Source: an uncultured Rhodospirillaceae bacterium
Lineage (GTDB): Bacteria > Pseudomonadota > Alphaproteobacteria > Rhodospirillales > UBA2165
Direction: 5' to 3'
DNA: 64,000 bases
Assembly (NCBI GenBank): GCA_913020445.1
Contig: CAJWAR010000013.1
Coordinates: 13,226 to 77,225, forward strand
This document shows positions 34,951-45,120 of the stretch, piece by piece (the first letter of the stretch is position 1; every line of letters starts with the position of its first letter). The position numbers and the translations under genes are program-made. The notes beneath the pieces are model-generated. The model did not search any database. It saw only the letters and a list, made by a program, of their open reading frames with translations, and was not told the origin of the DNA.

Positions 34951-35867
34951 CCGATAACACTTCAAGCACCGGCATGATGCAGGATAAAGTGGTGGTCGTC
35001 ACCGGCGGCGGCAGGGGCATTGGCCGGGAAATCGCTTTATTGATGGCGGTTGAAGGCGCCAAGGTCATGGTCAATGATTTGGGCGCCGACCTTGATGGCG
35101 GCGGCGCGGATCAAGGGCCGGCGCATGACGTCGCTCAAGAGATCAAAGCCACCGGCGGTGAGGCGGGTTACAACACCGAAGATGTATCAAAAGGTAGCTG
35201 TGCTGAAAATCTCATTACCGCAACAATCAGCGAATTTGGCCGCATCGATGCGGTCATCAACAATGCTGGTATTTTACGTGATACTGTTTTTCATAAAATG
35301 GACGAGGCCGCCTGGAACGCCGTCATTAATGTCAATTTGACCGGCTGTTACAATGTCGCGCGCGCAGCAGCGACCCATTTCCGTGAACAGGAATCCGGTG
35401 CCTTTGTTCATATGACGTCGGTTTCGGGCTTGATCGGAAATTTCGGCCAAGCTAATTACGCGGCGGCAAAGATGGGGGTCGCTGGACTTTCCCGCTCGAT
35501 CGCGATTGATTTGGCGCGCTATAATGTCCGCTCAAACTGCATGTCACCTTCCGGTTTTACCCGGATGATCGGCTCGATCCCAATCACCAGCGATGAGCAA
35601 GCCAAAGAGTTCGAACGCCTCAAAGAGGAAATGCGGCCGGAAATGAACGCGCCTTTGGTAGTCTTTTTGGCCAGCGATGCGGCCAAGGATATCACTGGCC
35701 AAATCTTCGCCACCAGCGGCAACCACTACTATTTGCTCGATCAGCCCCGGCCCGTGGTGTCAGAGTTCAGAGATAAATGGACGCCTGAGATGGTCGCCAA
35801 TGAGTTCTTGGGCAAAATCAGCGACAAACTGACGCCGCTGGAAACCCTCAATGACGTTTTAGATTAG
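34947..35867 (+). CDS. Short-chain dehydrogenase/reductase (MFE-2/Hsd4A-like 3-hydroxyacyl-CoA dehydrogenase type)
   Basis: VVVVTGGGRGIGREIAL...NNAGILRD...YAAAKMG. Confidence 0.8.
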   Translation: MTDNTSSTGMMQDKVVVVTGGGRGIGREIALLMAVEGAKVMVNDLGADLDGGGADQGPAHDVAQEIKATGGEAGYNTEDVSKGSCAENLITATISEFGRIDAVINNAGILRDTVFHKMDEAAWNAVINVNLTGCYNVARAAATHFREQESGAFVHMTSVSGLIGNFGQANYAAAKMGVAGLSRSIAIDLARYNVRSNCMSPSGFTRMIGSIPITSDEQAKEFERLKEEMRPEMNAPLVVFLASDAAKDITGQIFATSGNHYYLLDQPRPVVSEFRDKWTPEMVANEFLGKISDKLTPLETLNDVLD

Positions 35868-36727
35868 CGTGCCGCAAATGTCGCGGAGGCTTCCATTGCC
35901 ACATTTCCCTCGGGTGTGAGCGCCCACAAATCGCAGGCGGCTCCTTGCTCCGTTGGATTGCCCACCAAGCGAATGTCCTGATTGGCGTAGAGTGGCGCCA
36001 TCGCCCGCATCTGGAAACTGGTCATGGTTTTATCAAGCATATGATCACGCGCCAGCTCCAACAGCCAGGTTGCCGTAAGCGGACCATGCACAACCAGGCC
36101 GGGAAAGCCCTCGACGTCCGTGGTGTAGGGATAATCGTAGTGGATACGGTGCGAATTGAAGGTGCAGGCTGAATAGCGGAATAGCATAGTTTCATTGATA
36201 TTGATGGCACGATCCCATTCGATACTCTCCGGCCCTGTTTTTGGCTGCGGCGGTGTGCGGGCGCCGTTTTTATCTTCTTCCTTAAAAACCAAATCCCAGT
36301 CGTCTTCTGTGCAGAGACCGTTCGGACCAGTGATCGTGTGCGCGTAGGTTACAAACACGAGTTTACCGGACTTACCTTCCTTCGGAACCATTGAAACAAG
36401 TTTTCGCTCTTGCGTGACAACGTCGCCAATCTTAATCGGCTGATGGAAGCGGGTGTGCGAACCGGCGAACATGCGTAACGGCAGAGGATCGTCGGGACCA
36501 TTGTCGATTTCGGGGACCATGCCATCTCGACCTAAATCCTCGGTTAAAGGAAAACGGGGAAAGAGTACGTAATGCCAGCCGGGGGGCACCAGATCGCCAA
36601 TCTTCGGGATCGGATCGCGCCGATTTAAGGTTACGGTTAATTTGTGAACGCTGGATGCGGTGACCACATCTTCCATGATCATACTGCGGCCAATATATTC
36701 GCTAAATTCGTTCATCGTACCGGCCAA
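35864..36727 (-). CDS. MaoC/FAS1-like double hot-dog enoyl-CoA hydratase
   Basis: 287 aa. The C-terminal half (FRYSACTFNSHRIHYDYPY...GLVVHGPL) is typical of MaoC dehydratase. Its stop overlaps the SDR stop by 4 nt, in convergent orientation. Confidence 0.75.
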   Translation of the reverse strand: MAGTMNEFSEYIGRSMIMEDVVTASSVHKLTVTLNRRDPIPKIGDLVPPGWHYVLFPRFPLTEDLGRDGMVPEIDNGPDDPLPLRMFAGSHTRFHQPIKIGDVVTQERKLVSMVPKEGKSGKLVFVTYAHTITGPNGLCTEDDWDLVFKEEDKNGARTPPQPKTGPESIEWDRAININETMLFRYSACTFNSHRIHYDYPYTTDVEGFPGLVVHGPLTATWLLELARDHMLDKTMTSFQMRAMAPLYANQDIRLVGNPTEQGAACDLWALTPEGNVAMEASATFAAR

Positions 36728-36776
36728 CCTTTTATCCTTTCAAGTTCGCGCAATATTGCTTATAGCGCGTTTTAGA

Positions 36777-37922
36777 TTAAACCGTCGCGGCGCTACCCAG
36801 TAGTGCCGTCACCTCGCTTGAAAAAGTGCCGCCATTGCCTTGCACCAAAGCCACCTCGGCGCTGTCGATTTGACGCTTACCGGCTTGGCCGCGAAGTTGT
36901 TCGATCGCCTCAATCATCAGGAAGATGCCATACATCCCCGGATGAACGCAGGATAACCCGCCGCCATTAGTATTAACCGGCAATTTGCCGCCTGGTGCAA
37001 TCGCACCGTTCTCAACAAAGGCACCGCCTTCGCCTTTGACGCAGTAGCCGAGATCTTCCAGGAACATAATGGTGTTAATGGTAAAGGCGTCATAGAGCTC
37101 CAGCACATCAACATCACTGGGTTTAAGCCCCGCCATTTCAAACGCCCTGGGGCCGGAACGCGCCGCCGCCGTGACCGTCAAATCATCCATCTGGGCGATA
37201 CTAGCATGAGAATGCTCGGCCGCGACACCCAGCAGATAAGCCGGTGGATGGGGAAAATCCTTGGCTCGATCCGCCCTGGTCATGATCACCGCACCGCCGC
37301 CATCGGTCACCAGACAGCAATCTAAGATACTGAGCGGATCAACCAGCATGCGGGCGTTTAAGACATCATCAATGGATAGGGGGTCTTGCATCATGGCGGC
37401 CGGGTTCATTTGCGCCCAACCCCTCGCCGCGACGGCGACTTCGGCCAATTGCTGACGGGTGGTGCCGTATTCATGCATGTGCCGCGCTGCCGCTAAGGCA
37501 TAAGATACCGGTGGATTACGGGGCTTATACATGGCTTCCCAGGGATGATCTGGAATAATCAGCTTGCCGGCGCCGCTGCGCAAATCGCTGCCGAAAAGAA
37601 TGAGCGCGTTCTCACAAAGATCGGCCTCAAGGGCCAAGGCCGCCCACTGCATAAAATTAACAAACGACGAGCCGCCCGTCATCGTACTTTCCATCACCTT
37701 CGGCTTGAGGCCGAGATACTCGCAGGTCAGCAAAATAGGAATATCCCCATGCATGGCAACGCAGAAAACACCGTCAATATCAGATTTTTTTAAACCGGCA
37801 TCGGCTAGGGCGCGATGCATTGCCTGGGCCATGTGATCATACTGGGTGTGGTCCGGCACAATACCGCAATCGGAAAGACCGATGCCAACTGCCGCCGTGG
37901 CGCCGCGTAATCTATTGGTCAT
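36777..37922 (-). CDS. Thiolase-like SCP-x/Ltp-type protein (thiolase or retro-aldolase)
   Basis: 381 aa with a thiolase fold (...NTNGGGLSCVHPGMYG...). It starts 2 nt after the DUF35 gene stop. Confidence 0.8.
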   Translation of the reverse strand: MTNRLRGATAAVGIGLSDCGIVPDHTQYDHMAQAMHRALADAGLKKSDIDGVFCVAMHGDIPILLTCEYLGLKPKVMESTMTGGSSFVNFMQWAALALEADLCENALILFGSDLRSGAGKLIIPDHPWEAMYKPRNPPVSYALAAARHMHEYGTTRQQLAEVAVAARGWAQMNPAAMMQDPLSIDDVLNARMLVDPLSILDCCLVTDGGGAVIMTRADRAKDFPHPPAYLLGVAAEHSHASIAQMDDLTVTAAARSGPRAFEMAGLKPSDVDVLELYDAFTINTIMFLEDLGYCVKGEGGAFVENGAIAPGGKLPVNTNGGGLSCVHPGMYGIFLMIEAIEQLRGQAGKRQIDSAEVALVQGNGGTFSSEVTALLGSAATV

Positions 37923-37924
37923 GC

Positions 37925-38329
37925 TCAGCCCTCCCCATCGGCAGGATCGAAGACAATATAGGGGCGATCTTCATCCGTGATGATGCGGGCCGTTACCTTC
38001 ATATCAATGGCGACCTCTTCGGGTGGTATGTTTTCGACGCGGCTAACCATGCGCGGGCCTTCGGCTAAATCAATGATAGCGTAATTGTAGTCGCCGCCGC
38101 GCTCCGGTTTCTGCCGGATGACGCTGGTGGAATAGACGGTGCCGGCGCCGGTGGCGGCGACCCAATCAAGCTCATCCGCACCGCATTCAGGACAAATTGC
38201 GCGGGGGAAAAATATGTGCGATCCGCAGCTCCGGCATTTTTGCAGGCAAAATTCGCCAGCTGTCAAACGCCGATGAAATTCCGCATCTGGGCCAAGTTTA
38301 GCTGGATCCTCTGGGGCTACATTGGTCAC
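37925..38329 (-). CDS. DUF35 OB-fold / zinc-ribbon acyl-CoA-associated protein
   Basis: CRSCGSHIFFPRAICPECG zinc ribbon plus OB fold. The ORF-track start at 38401 reads through the AT-rich operator, so I prefer GTG 38329, which follows GGTGGAG. Confidence 0.75.
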   Translation of the reverse strand: MTNVAPEDPAKLGPDAEFHRRLTAGEFCLQKCRSCGSHIFFPRAICPECGADELDWVAATGAGTVYSTSVIRQKPERGGDYNYAIIDLAEGPRMVSRVENIPPEEVAIDMKVTARIITDEDRPYIVFDPADGEG

Positions 38330-38349
38330 GCTTTTTACTCCACCATCAT

Positions 38350-38395
38350 TATTGTATAGTTTCAAAATATGTAATAAGTATTGTATAATGTAAAG
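38350..38395. promoter_or_regulatory. 46-bp conserved promoter/operator, copy B (inverted relative to A)
   Basis: Its reverse complement matches copy A at 45 of 46 positions. On the plus strand, TTCAAA (38361) - 17 nt - TATAAT (38384) reads toward the CoA-ligase gene at 38421. Confidence 0.75.
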
Positions 38396-38420
38396 ACACA
38401 TTCATTAGCCAGGGGAACCC

Positions 38421-39965
38421 ATGGGCACCATGTTTGGCACCGGCAAAGTCGTCAGCTCAGATCAAACCGTTGATAAACGGGATTTAGCGACACGTACGCT
38501 TCAAGCAGCTTCAGCACTCGACTCCCTCGGTATTGGTGAGGGCGATGCTATCGCTACCTATATGCGCAATGATTTTCCGTTATTTGAGGCGCAAGGCGCA
38601 GCAGCGCTCCTTGGTGCTTATTTCGTTACCATCAACTGGCATTTCAGGGGATCTGAGGCCGAATATATTTTAACCGATTCCGAGGCCAAGGCACTAGTTG
38701 TTCATGCCGATTTACTTGGTGAAATTCGTGATTTGATCCCGCCCGGCGTGGCCGTATTCGTTGTTCAGACACCGGGTGATATTGCTGCGGCTTACGGCAT
38801 TGATGCCGCCGCCAGCGTCGTGCCGGAAGGTGAGCAGATTTGGGGAGACTGGATCGACACGTTTGCTGAATGGTCTGCTGCGCCTCGCACGCCGCGTGGC
38901 GTGGTCTTTTACACGTCGGGCACGACTGGCTTACCTAAGGGTGTTTTCACGCATCCGACGACAGCAGAACAACAGGCAGCGGGCGCACAAGTTGGCGAGA
39001 TCGCCTATAAGCCAAGATCGGGTATGCGAATACTGCTCAATGGCCCGTGCTATCACGTCGCCGTCAATCATTCCGCGCGCATTGCCTTGGCGAATGATGC
39101 GGATTTAATTCTTCAACATCGTTTTGATGCCGAAGAGTTTTTGCAGCTGATAGAGCGCCACAAAATCACCCACGCTCATATGGTGCCGACGATGTTTGTC
39201 CGGCTGTTGAAACTGCCCGCGGAAATACGCCTGCGCTACGATATCTCCTCGTTGGAGTGGATCACTCACGGTGCGGCGCCCTGTTCACCGGACATCAAAA
39301 AAGCCATGATCGAATGGTTTGGACCCATCTTAGCTGAATATTACGGCGGTACGGAAGTTGGTATTACGCATCTCTGTTCCAGTGAAGAATGGCTGGCCAA
39401 GCCGGGCACTGTCGGCAAGCTGACACCAAATTCGAAGATCGGAATTTACGATGATGAAGGCAAGCTGGTGGGCCCGGGTGAAATTGGCGAAATCTATGTT
39501 AAATCTGTCATGGTGCCCGATTTCGATTACAAAAGTTTACCGGAAAAACGCTTAGAAGTAGAACGTGATAGCCTGGTCAGCATTGGCGATATTGGCTATC
39601 AGGATGACGACGGCTTTTTATTCCTCTGCGACCGCCGCAACGATATGGTGATCTCCGGCGGGGTTAATATTTATCCGGCAGAGATTGAGTCGGCTCTGGT
39701 GACCATGGATGGGGTGCGCGACTGCGCCGTGTTTGGTATCCCAGATGCTGAGTTCGGCGAAACGCTAATGACCATGATCGAACTTGAAGACAGCGCCGAA
39801 TTGAACGAAACGGCGATCCGTGAGTATTTGATTGAGCGCCTGGCTAAATACAAGGTACCAAAAGTAATTGAATTTCGTGATGATCTGCCGCGCGAGGATT
39901 CGGGGAAAATTATGAAGCGCCGGTTGCGCGATCCGTTCTGGCAGGATGCTGACCGCCAAATTTAA
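38421..39965 (+). CDS. AMP-dependent acyl-CoA synthetase/ligase
   Basis: YTSGTTGLPKGV, ...GDIGYQDDDGFLFLCDRRNDMVISGGVNIYP..IE, ...SGKIMKRRLR. Confidence 0.9.
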   Translation: MGTMFGTGKVVSSDQTVDKRDLATRTLQAASALDSLGIGEGDAIATYMRNDFPLFEAQGAAALLGAYFVTINWHFRGSEAEYILTDSEAKALVVHADLLGEIRDLIPPGVAVFVVQTPGDIAAAYGIDAAASVVPEGEQIWGDWIDTFAEWSAAPRTPRGVVFYTSGTTGLPKGVFTHPTTAEQQAAGAQVGEIAYKPRSGMRILLNGPCYHVAVNHSARIALANDADLILQHRFDAEEFLQLIERHKITHAHMVPTMFVRLLKLPAEIRLRYDISSLEWITHGAAPCSPDIKKAMIEWFGPILAEYYGGTEVGITHLCSSEEWLAKPGTVGKLTPNSKIGIYDDEGKLVGPGEIGEIYVKSVMVPDFDYKSLPEKRLEVERDSLVSIGDIGYQDDDGFLFLCDRRNDMVISGGVNIYPAEIESALVTMDGVRDCAVFGIPDAEFGETLMTMIELEDSAELNETAIREYLIERLAKYKVPKVIEFRDDLPREDSGKIMKRRLRDPFWQDADRQI

Positions 39966-39973
39966 ACCGGGCT

Positions 39974-41281
39974 TTATTTCATGCCGAGCAAATTCGGCAG
40001 CCACAAGGCCAGGACCGGAAACAGAATAATCAGCGTGATGCGGATCAGATCAGCGTAAAAGAACGGCAAAATACCGCGGAAAATAGTCTTTAAGGCGATG
40101 TCTTTGGCAGCGCCATAGATAACAAACACATTCATGCCAATCGGTGGTGTGATCATGCCAACCTCCATCACCATGACCAGGATCACGCCCCACCATATAG
40201 GGTTGTAGCCGAGCCCGATAACCAGTGGAAAAACAAACGGCAAGGTGATCAGCATCGCGGCGACAGTATCGAAAACACTACCCAGGATGAGGTACATAAT
40301 CATCAGGACAAAGATAATTGCCAGCGGCGGCAAATTGGCTTCGGTAATGAGATTGGTGAGCGCTGCCGGCATGCGCGTATCGGCGATAAAAAAGGAGAAT
40401 ATTGAGGCACCGGCGATGATGATATAGATCATCGCTGTGTTTAGCGCAGCATCCCGCACCACTTCGCGCAAAACGCCGAGCGATAATTTTCCGCGAAAAA
40501 CGGTGAATAGAAATGCTAATACGGCGCCGAGGGCAGCAGCTTCATTGACCGTGAACACACCGCCATAGATGCCGCCGATAACAGCCAGAAGCAGTAGCAT
40601 AACTCCCCAACTTTCCTTGACCACTTGCCAGCGTTCCGGCCAGGGCATTACCTCACCGGCCGGGCCGGCCGAGGGGTCGAGGCGGACAACGATCGCAATG
40701 GCGAGAAAGTGCAGGGCAATAGCGACGATAGCCGGAACTAAAGCAGCGATAAAAAGCGTGATGACAAACTGCTCGGTTAAGAAAGCATAGATCACCATGA
40801 TGATGGAAGGCGGTATCAGCATACCGAGCGTTCCGCCGGCGGCAATGGAACCGGTGGCCAATGAAGGCGCGTAATTGTGCTTTAGCATTTCCGGCAAGGC
40901 CACCCGGCCCATGGTGGCGGCCGTGGCGACGGAAGACCCACATACTGCACCAAAGCCGGCACAGCCGCCGATAGTAGCCAGCGCCAAACCACCTCGGCGA
41001 TGGCCAATAAAGGCATTAGCCAGCTTGTAAATATCCGCCGATAATCCAGATGCACCGGCAAAACTGCCCATCAGTAAAAATAGCGGGATGACAGCAAGGT
41101 CGAGGCTCGCGATTACACCAGCTGTTTCTGTCGCAGCTAACGTAACTGACGCGCCGAAATTGTTAAGCAAACCATAGCCGATGATGCCCGCCACACCCAT
41201 GGCAACGCCGATCGGCACGTGCAGCAGGATCAGTGCAAACATAGCAAGCAATCCGAGGACGGCCAGTAAAATTGGGTCCAT
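39974..41281 (-). CDS. dctM: TRAP transporter large permease
   Basis: 435-aa polytopic membrane protein, downstream of the small permease and the binding protein. Confidence 0.88.
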   Translation of the reverse strand: MDPILLAVLGLLAMFALILLHVPIGVAMGVAGIIGYGLLNNFGASVTLAATETAGVIASLDLAVIPLFLLMGSFAGASGLSADIYKLANAFIGHRRGGLALATIGGCAGFGAVCGSSVATAATMGRVALPEMLKHNYAPSLATGSIAAGGTLGMLIPPSIIMVIYAFLTEQFVITLFIAALVPAIVAIALHFLAIAIVVRLDPSAGPAGEVMPWPERWQVVKESWGVMLLLLAVIGGIYGGVFTVNEAAALGAVLAFLFTVFRGKLSLGVLREVVRDAALNTAMIYIIIAGASIFSFFIADTRMPAALTNLITEANLPPLAIIFVLMIMYLILGSVFDTVAAMLITLPFVFPLVIGLGYNPIWWGVILVMVMEVGMITPPIGMNVFVIYGAAKDIALKTIFRGILPFFYADLIRITLIILFPVLALWLPNLLGMK

Positions 41282-41290
41282 GATCTCTGT

Positions 41291-41797
41291 TTACTCCAAA
41301 ACTTCGGGCGCGCGTAAAATAACGCGAAGCAGGACAAGAAACTGTACAGGTATACAGAAAATGACAAAGCCGGTCACCACCCACCAATAAGGCGCAACTT
41401 TTATGCCGATGAACCAAGTGGTCTCGCCGGCTGAGGCGAGTTCTTGGGTATAGCCGATAAACTGCCAGCCCATAAGGGTAAAAAAACCGAGCGTTATGAA
41501 GGCGGCGAAAACATCAAAAATTTGATGCCAGCGGGGGCCAAACCATTTGCCTAAAAAATCGATGGAGATGTGATAGCGCTCAATAAGGGCGGCTGGCAGA
41601 AAGGTCGCCGACATTATGGCAACCCCCAACCGCGCAATTTCCGCAAAGCCATCGATTGGTGCCGAGAATAGCCAACGTAGCATCACGTCAGAAATCGTGA
41701 CCAGCGCCAGCAAAACAAAGCCCAAAATGCCAAGAAGCGAGAGCGATCGGGCAATCCGACCGCCCCACGCTTCGGTATTCGATATCGTGTCAGACAT
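41291..41797 (-). CDS. dctQ: TRAP transporter small permease
   Basis: 168 aa with 4 predicted TM segments, between dctP and dctM. Confidence 0.8.
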   Translation of the reverse strand: MSDTISNTEAWGGRIARSLSLLGILGFVLLALVTISDVMLRWLFSAPIDGFAEIARLGVAIMSATFLPAALIERYHISIDFLGKWFGPRWHQIFDVFAAFITLGFFTLMGWQFIGYTQELASAGETTWFIGIKVAPYWWVVTGFVIFCIPVQFLVLLRVILRAPEVLE

Positions 41798-41820
41798 CCT
41801 AGATCTTCGATTAGATCAGG

Positions 41821-42849
41821 CTATTTACCAGCTCGTATCGCACTGACTTCAGCGCGTACTGCTGCTAATAGTTTTTTACGGCGGTCATTTTTACCAGCCC
41901 ACTTGTTGATAACCACCGCCATTTTTGCATCAAACTTTTTTTGGTCTCCGGCAGACAGGCGGTTAATGTGCAAGGCTGGATTTTTTTCAGTAATTTTCAT
42001 TAGTTTTACATTACCCGCGTCGTGGACTTTAACGAAATTATCAGTAGTCACCTTGCCGCTATGCTTCATAATTGACTTTCGTGCATTATCCGGCAGGCCA
42101 TCAAATATCTTTTTATTCATCACAGTTGCCAAGGATGCCGTGCCAAAAAGTCCGGTACCCGTGTTGGACATCAGAGTATGGCTGGCAACGTCTTTGATAC
42201 GAAACGCGTAATAGCCGTTAAACTCCAATATTGACCCGTCCAAGATGCCCCGGCTGATATTTTCGGCAATGGTGGGTGCCGGCATGCCGACCGGTGTTGC
42301 GCCGATAGCTCTTATCGAAGCGCCGAAGACCGGACCGGGAGCTCTGATTTTGAGCCCCTTCAAATCACTTAATTTGCTGATCTTTTTCTTGGTGAAAACA
42401 TAATAAGGGTGGTTTTGAAAGAGCGAGACGACAAAAACATTTTCGAATCCCCGCAGCATACCCTTTTTATATATGCGCCAGACCGTGTTAGCTGATTCAT
42501 AAACGTTTCTGAACAAGCCAGGTAGTTCAAACACATCATTGTCCGGGAAACGTCCAGGAGTATAGGACGGAATGATCCACGACATGTCGACAACGCCATC
42601 GAGCGCTAGCTTGAGCTGAGACCGGGGGTTTTTGCCGAGCGAACCACCGGGAAAAGTATCGATCTGAATAGTGCCGCCAGAATCTTTACTCGCATCCTTG
42701 GCGAAGGGCACCATCACACCCGGGAATGTCGGCTCTTTCGCTGGTGTGAATACTGCATATTTCAATTTCTTGGGGGCGGCCACAGCATCCCAAGCGGAAC
42801 CAAGTGCGATGATCGCAGTAAGAACGCTAATTGCTATTGTCTTTAACAT
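41821..42849 (-). CDS. dctP: TRAP transporter substrate-binding protein
   Basis: Signal peptide (LTAIIALGSAWDAVAA), ~340 aa, first gene of the P-Q-M order. Confidence 0.82.
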   Translation of the reverse strand: MLKTIAISVLTAIIALGSAWDAVAAPKKLKYAVFTPAKEPTFPGVMVPFAKDASKDSGGTIQIDTFPGGSLGKNPRSQLKLALDGVVDMSWIIPSYTPGRFPDNDVFELPGLFRNVYESANTVWRIYKKGMLRGFENVFVVSLFQNHPYYVFTKKKISKLSDLKGLKIRAPGPVFGASIRAIGATPVGMPAPTIAENISRGILDGSILEFNGYYAFRIKDVASHTLMSNTGTGLFGTASLATVMNKKIFDGLPDNARKSIMKHSGKVTTDNFVKVHDAGNVKLMKITEKNPALHINRLSAGDQKKFDAKMAVVINKWAGKNDRRKKLLAAVRAEVSAIRAGK

Positions 42850-42892
42850 GATAACTCTCCCTTGTCGTTTACGTGTCTTATAAAAAAATCAA

Positions 42893-42938
42893 TTTTACAT
42901 TATATAATATTTATTACATATATTGAAATTATTCAATA
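42893..42938. promoter_or_regulatory. 46-bp conserved promoter/operator, copy C
   Basis: TTTTACATTATATAATATTTATTACATATATTGAAATTATTCAATA matches copy A at 41 of 46 positions. The minus strand reads TTCAAT-N17-TATAAT toward dctP (start 42849). Confidence 0.7.
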
Positions 42939-42961
42939 TGTATCATGACGCTGACAGTTTT

Positions 42962-45070
42962 CTAATCGGGCGTCCATTCGAGAAAACCAGTTCCATCCTT
43001 GGCCAATATTTCAAGGAGTGGAGCCGGTGTCCAATAATGGCCAAACTGGTCTTGAAAATGGCAAATAGTTTCATAAATTTCTTTGACGCCGATCAAATCG
43101 GCATAAAACATCGGCCCGCCTTTATAGCGTGGAAAGCCGTAACCATAATGCCAGATGACGTCGATATCGGCGGCGCGATAGACAATGCCCTCGGCCAGTA
43201 ATTTTGCTCCTTCATTGATCAAGGCATAGATGCAACGCTGTTGAATCTCGTCATCGTCAATTTTCCTGGGTTCAATATTGAGCTTTGCCGCTTCCTGTTT
43301 GATGATGTCATCAACCAGCGGATCATGATGCGGTCTGCGATCACCCGGCTCATATTTATAAAAACCACTGCCGGATTTTTGACCAGCCCGGCCAAGTGCC
43401 GCCAAGGCTCGGGAAACATTGAAAAAGGGCTTAGGATTAGCCGCCGTGGCGCCGGTTGATTCGAGGACACTGTTCAAAATATCAACGCCTGCCATATCGT
43501 TCATCGCCCACGGTCCCATGGGGAAACCAAATTCGTAAATGGCTTGATCAATTTGCTCGATCGACGCGCCTTCAAGCAGCATTTGATCGGCTTCGCGCAT
43601 ATATCCCATGGTCAGCATACGGTTGCCGACAAAGCCGAATTCTGAGCCAATACCCACCACGACACCCATTTTTCGGATTTGCTTGGCGAGTTTGAGCGCA
43701 GTAACCACAACTTCAGAAGAAGTTTTATCGGTGCGCACAATTTCCAGCAGTTTCATGATATTCGCCGGGCTGAAAAAATGAAGGCCGATAACCGATTCCG
43801 GTCGTTTGGTCATCGCCGCCATTTCATTAATATCGAGGGTTGACGTGTTCGAAGCCAGAATGGCGCCCGGTTTACAGACGCCATCCAATTCGGCGAAAAC
43901 CTTTTTCTTGAGATCCATATCTTCAAAAACAGCTTCGATGACAAGATCAACGTTACTGAGGCTGTCATAGCTTGCGGCACCACTGATGCGTCCAAATCTT
44001 TCACTTTTTTGCGCTTCGGAAATACGCCCTTTAGCGGTGGACTGGTTGTAGGTTTCTTCGATCAAGGCCAGCCCACGCTCGAGTGCCTCTGCCGATGGGT
44101 CAACGATCGTGACGTCTAATCCGGCGTCGGCAAAAGCGATGCTGATGCCGATCCCCATGGTGCCGGAACCAAGGATGCCAACCGTCTTTATTGGCAAAGC
44201 TTCGATTGCTTTGTCGAGGCCGGGAATTCGGCCGATTTCTCTTTCGGCAAAAAACACATGACGTAAGCCGCGCGCTTCGTCGCTGACAATGGCTTCCTCA
44301 CCGGTGAGATGTTCCTGTCGGATGCCTTCTTCAAATGGCAAATTGATTGCATCGTCGATCGCCTGCAAAAGCAAATGCGGCGCGTTTTGACCGCGCATGC
44401 GTTTTCCGGCAAGCGCTTTCATTTCGCTTATAAATGCATCGTCATAGCCTTCAGTATCAACTGTCATGTCAGAAGTTTTGCGCACGCCACTATCTGCTGC
44501 GAGCAATTCCTCAACATAAGCGAGAGCTTCGGTCTTTAGGTCGCCATCAAGGATGCGGTCAATCAAGCCGATTTCCAATGCTTTTTTGGCAGTGATCGCG
44601 GCGATACCGAAAATCATTTCCACGGCTGCTTTGGCACCGACCACGCGCGGCAATCGTTGCGTGCCTCCGGCACCCGGAATGATGCCAAGCGAAAGCTCGG
44701 GCAAGCCAAGACGTGCGTTAGCCACGGCACAGCGATAATGACAGGAAAGTGCAGCCTCTAATCCGCCACCAAGAGCGGTGCCATGCATGGCGGTGACCAC
44801 TATTTTCGAGCAGTTTTCGATTGCCGCATAAGCCTCACGGTAATTGGGTTCGCCGACGCCGGTATCAAACTCATTTAGATCAGCCCCGGCCATAAAAGTC
44901 CGGCCATCACAGATTAATAAAGCTGCCGCGACGTCATCTCGCTGGTCAATCTCCTTAAAGGCTTCCAACAAACCGGCGCGCATCTGCTGATTGATGGCAT
45001 TGACCGGTGGCTCGTTTACCGTCACGAGGGCGATATTATTGACAACTTCCAGGCTAACATTATCGGACAT
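42962..45070 (-). CDS. Bifunctional enoyl-CoA hydratase / 3-hydroxyacyl-CoA dehydrogenase (FadJ/FadB-like)
   Basis: 702 aa. N-terminal crotonase (FMAGADLNEF) plus an NAD-binding segment, VGILGSGTMGIGIS. Confidence 0.9.
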   Translation of the reverse strand: MSDNVSLEVVNNIALVTVNEPPVNAINQQMRAGLLEAFKEIDQRDDVAAALLICDGRTFMAGADLNEFDTGVGEPNYREAYAAIENCSKIVVTAMHGTALGGGLEAALSCHYRCAVANARLGLPELSLGIIPGAGGTQRLPRVVGAKAAVEMIFGIAAITAKKALEIGLIDRILDGDLKTEALAYVEELLAADSGVRKTSDMTVDTEGYDDAFISEMKALAGKRMRGQNAPHLLLQAIDDAINLPFEEGIRQEHLTGEEAIVSDEARGLRHVFFAEREIGRIPGLDKAIEALPIKTVGILGSGTMGIGISIAFADAGLDVTIVDPSAEALERGLALIEETYNQSTAKGRISEAQKSERFGRISGAASYDSLSNVDLVIEAVFEDMDLKKKVFAELDGVCKPGAILASNTSTLDINEMAAMTKRPESVIGLHFFSPANIMKLLEIVRTDKTSSEVVVTALKLAKQIRKMGVVVGIGSEFGFVGNRMLTMGYMREADQMLLEGASIEQIDQAIYEFGFPMGPWAMNDMAGVDILNSVLESTGATAANPKPFFNVSRALAALGRAGQKSGSGFYKYEPGDRRPHHDPLVDDIIKQEAAKLNIEPRKIDDDEIQQRCIYALINEGAKLLAEGIVYRAADIDVIWHYGYGFPRYKGGPMFYADLIGVKEIYETICHFQDQFGHYWTPAPLLEILAKDGTGFLEWTPD

Positions 45071-45120
45071 TATTAAACTCTTTCGTATTTAAGTGAGAAT
45101 TTACACTCACAATAATCAAT

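Noticed and set aside
38330-38401. N-terminal extension of the DUF35 ORF (MCLYIIQYLLHILKLYNNDGG...).
   Set aside because: The extension is the translation of the AT-rich 46-bp operator. A GTG at 38329 with a GGTGGAG RBS gives a normal DUF35 N-terminus.
42923-43201. 92-aa plus-strand ORF starting in operator copy C.
   Set aside because: It is antisense to the 3' end of the FadJ-like gene and has no RBS or motif.
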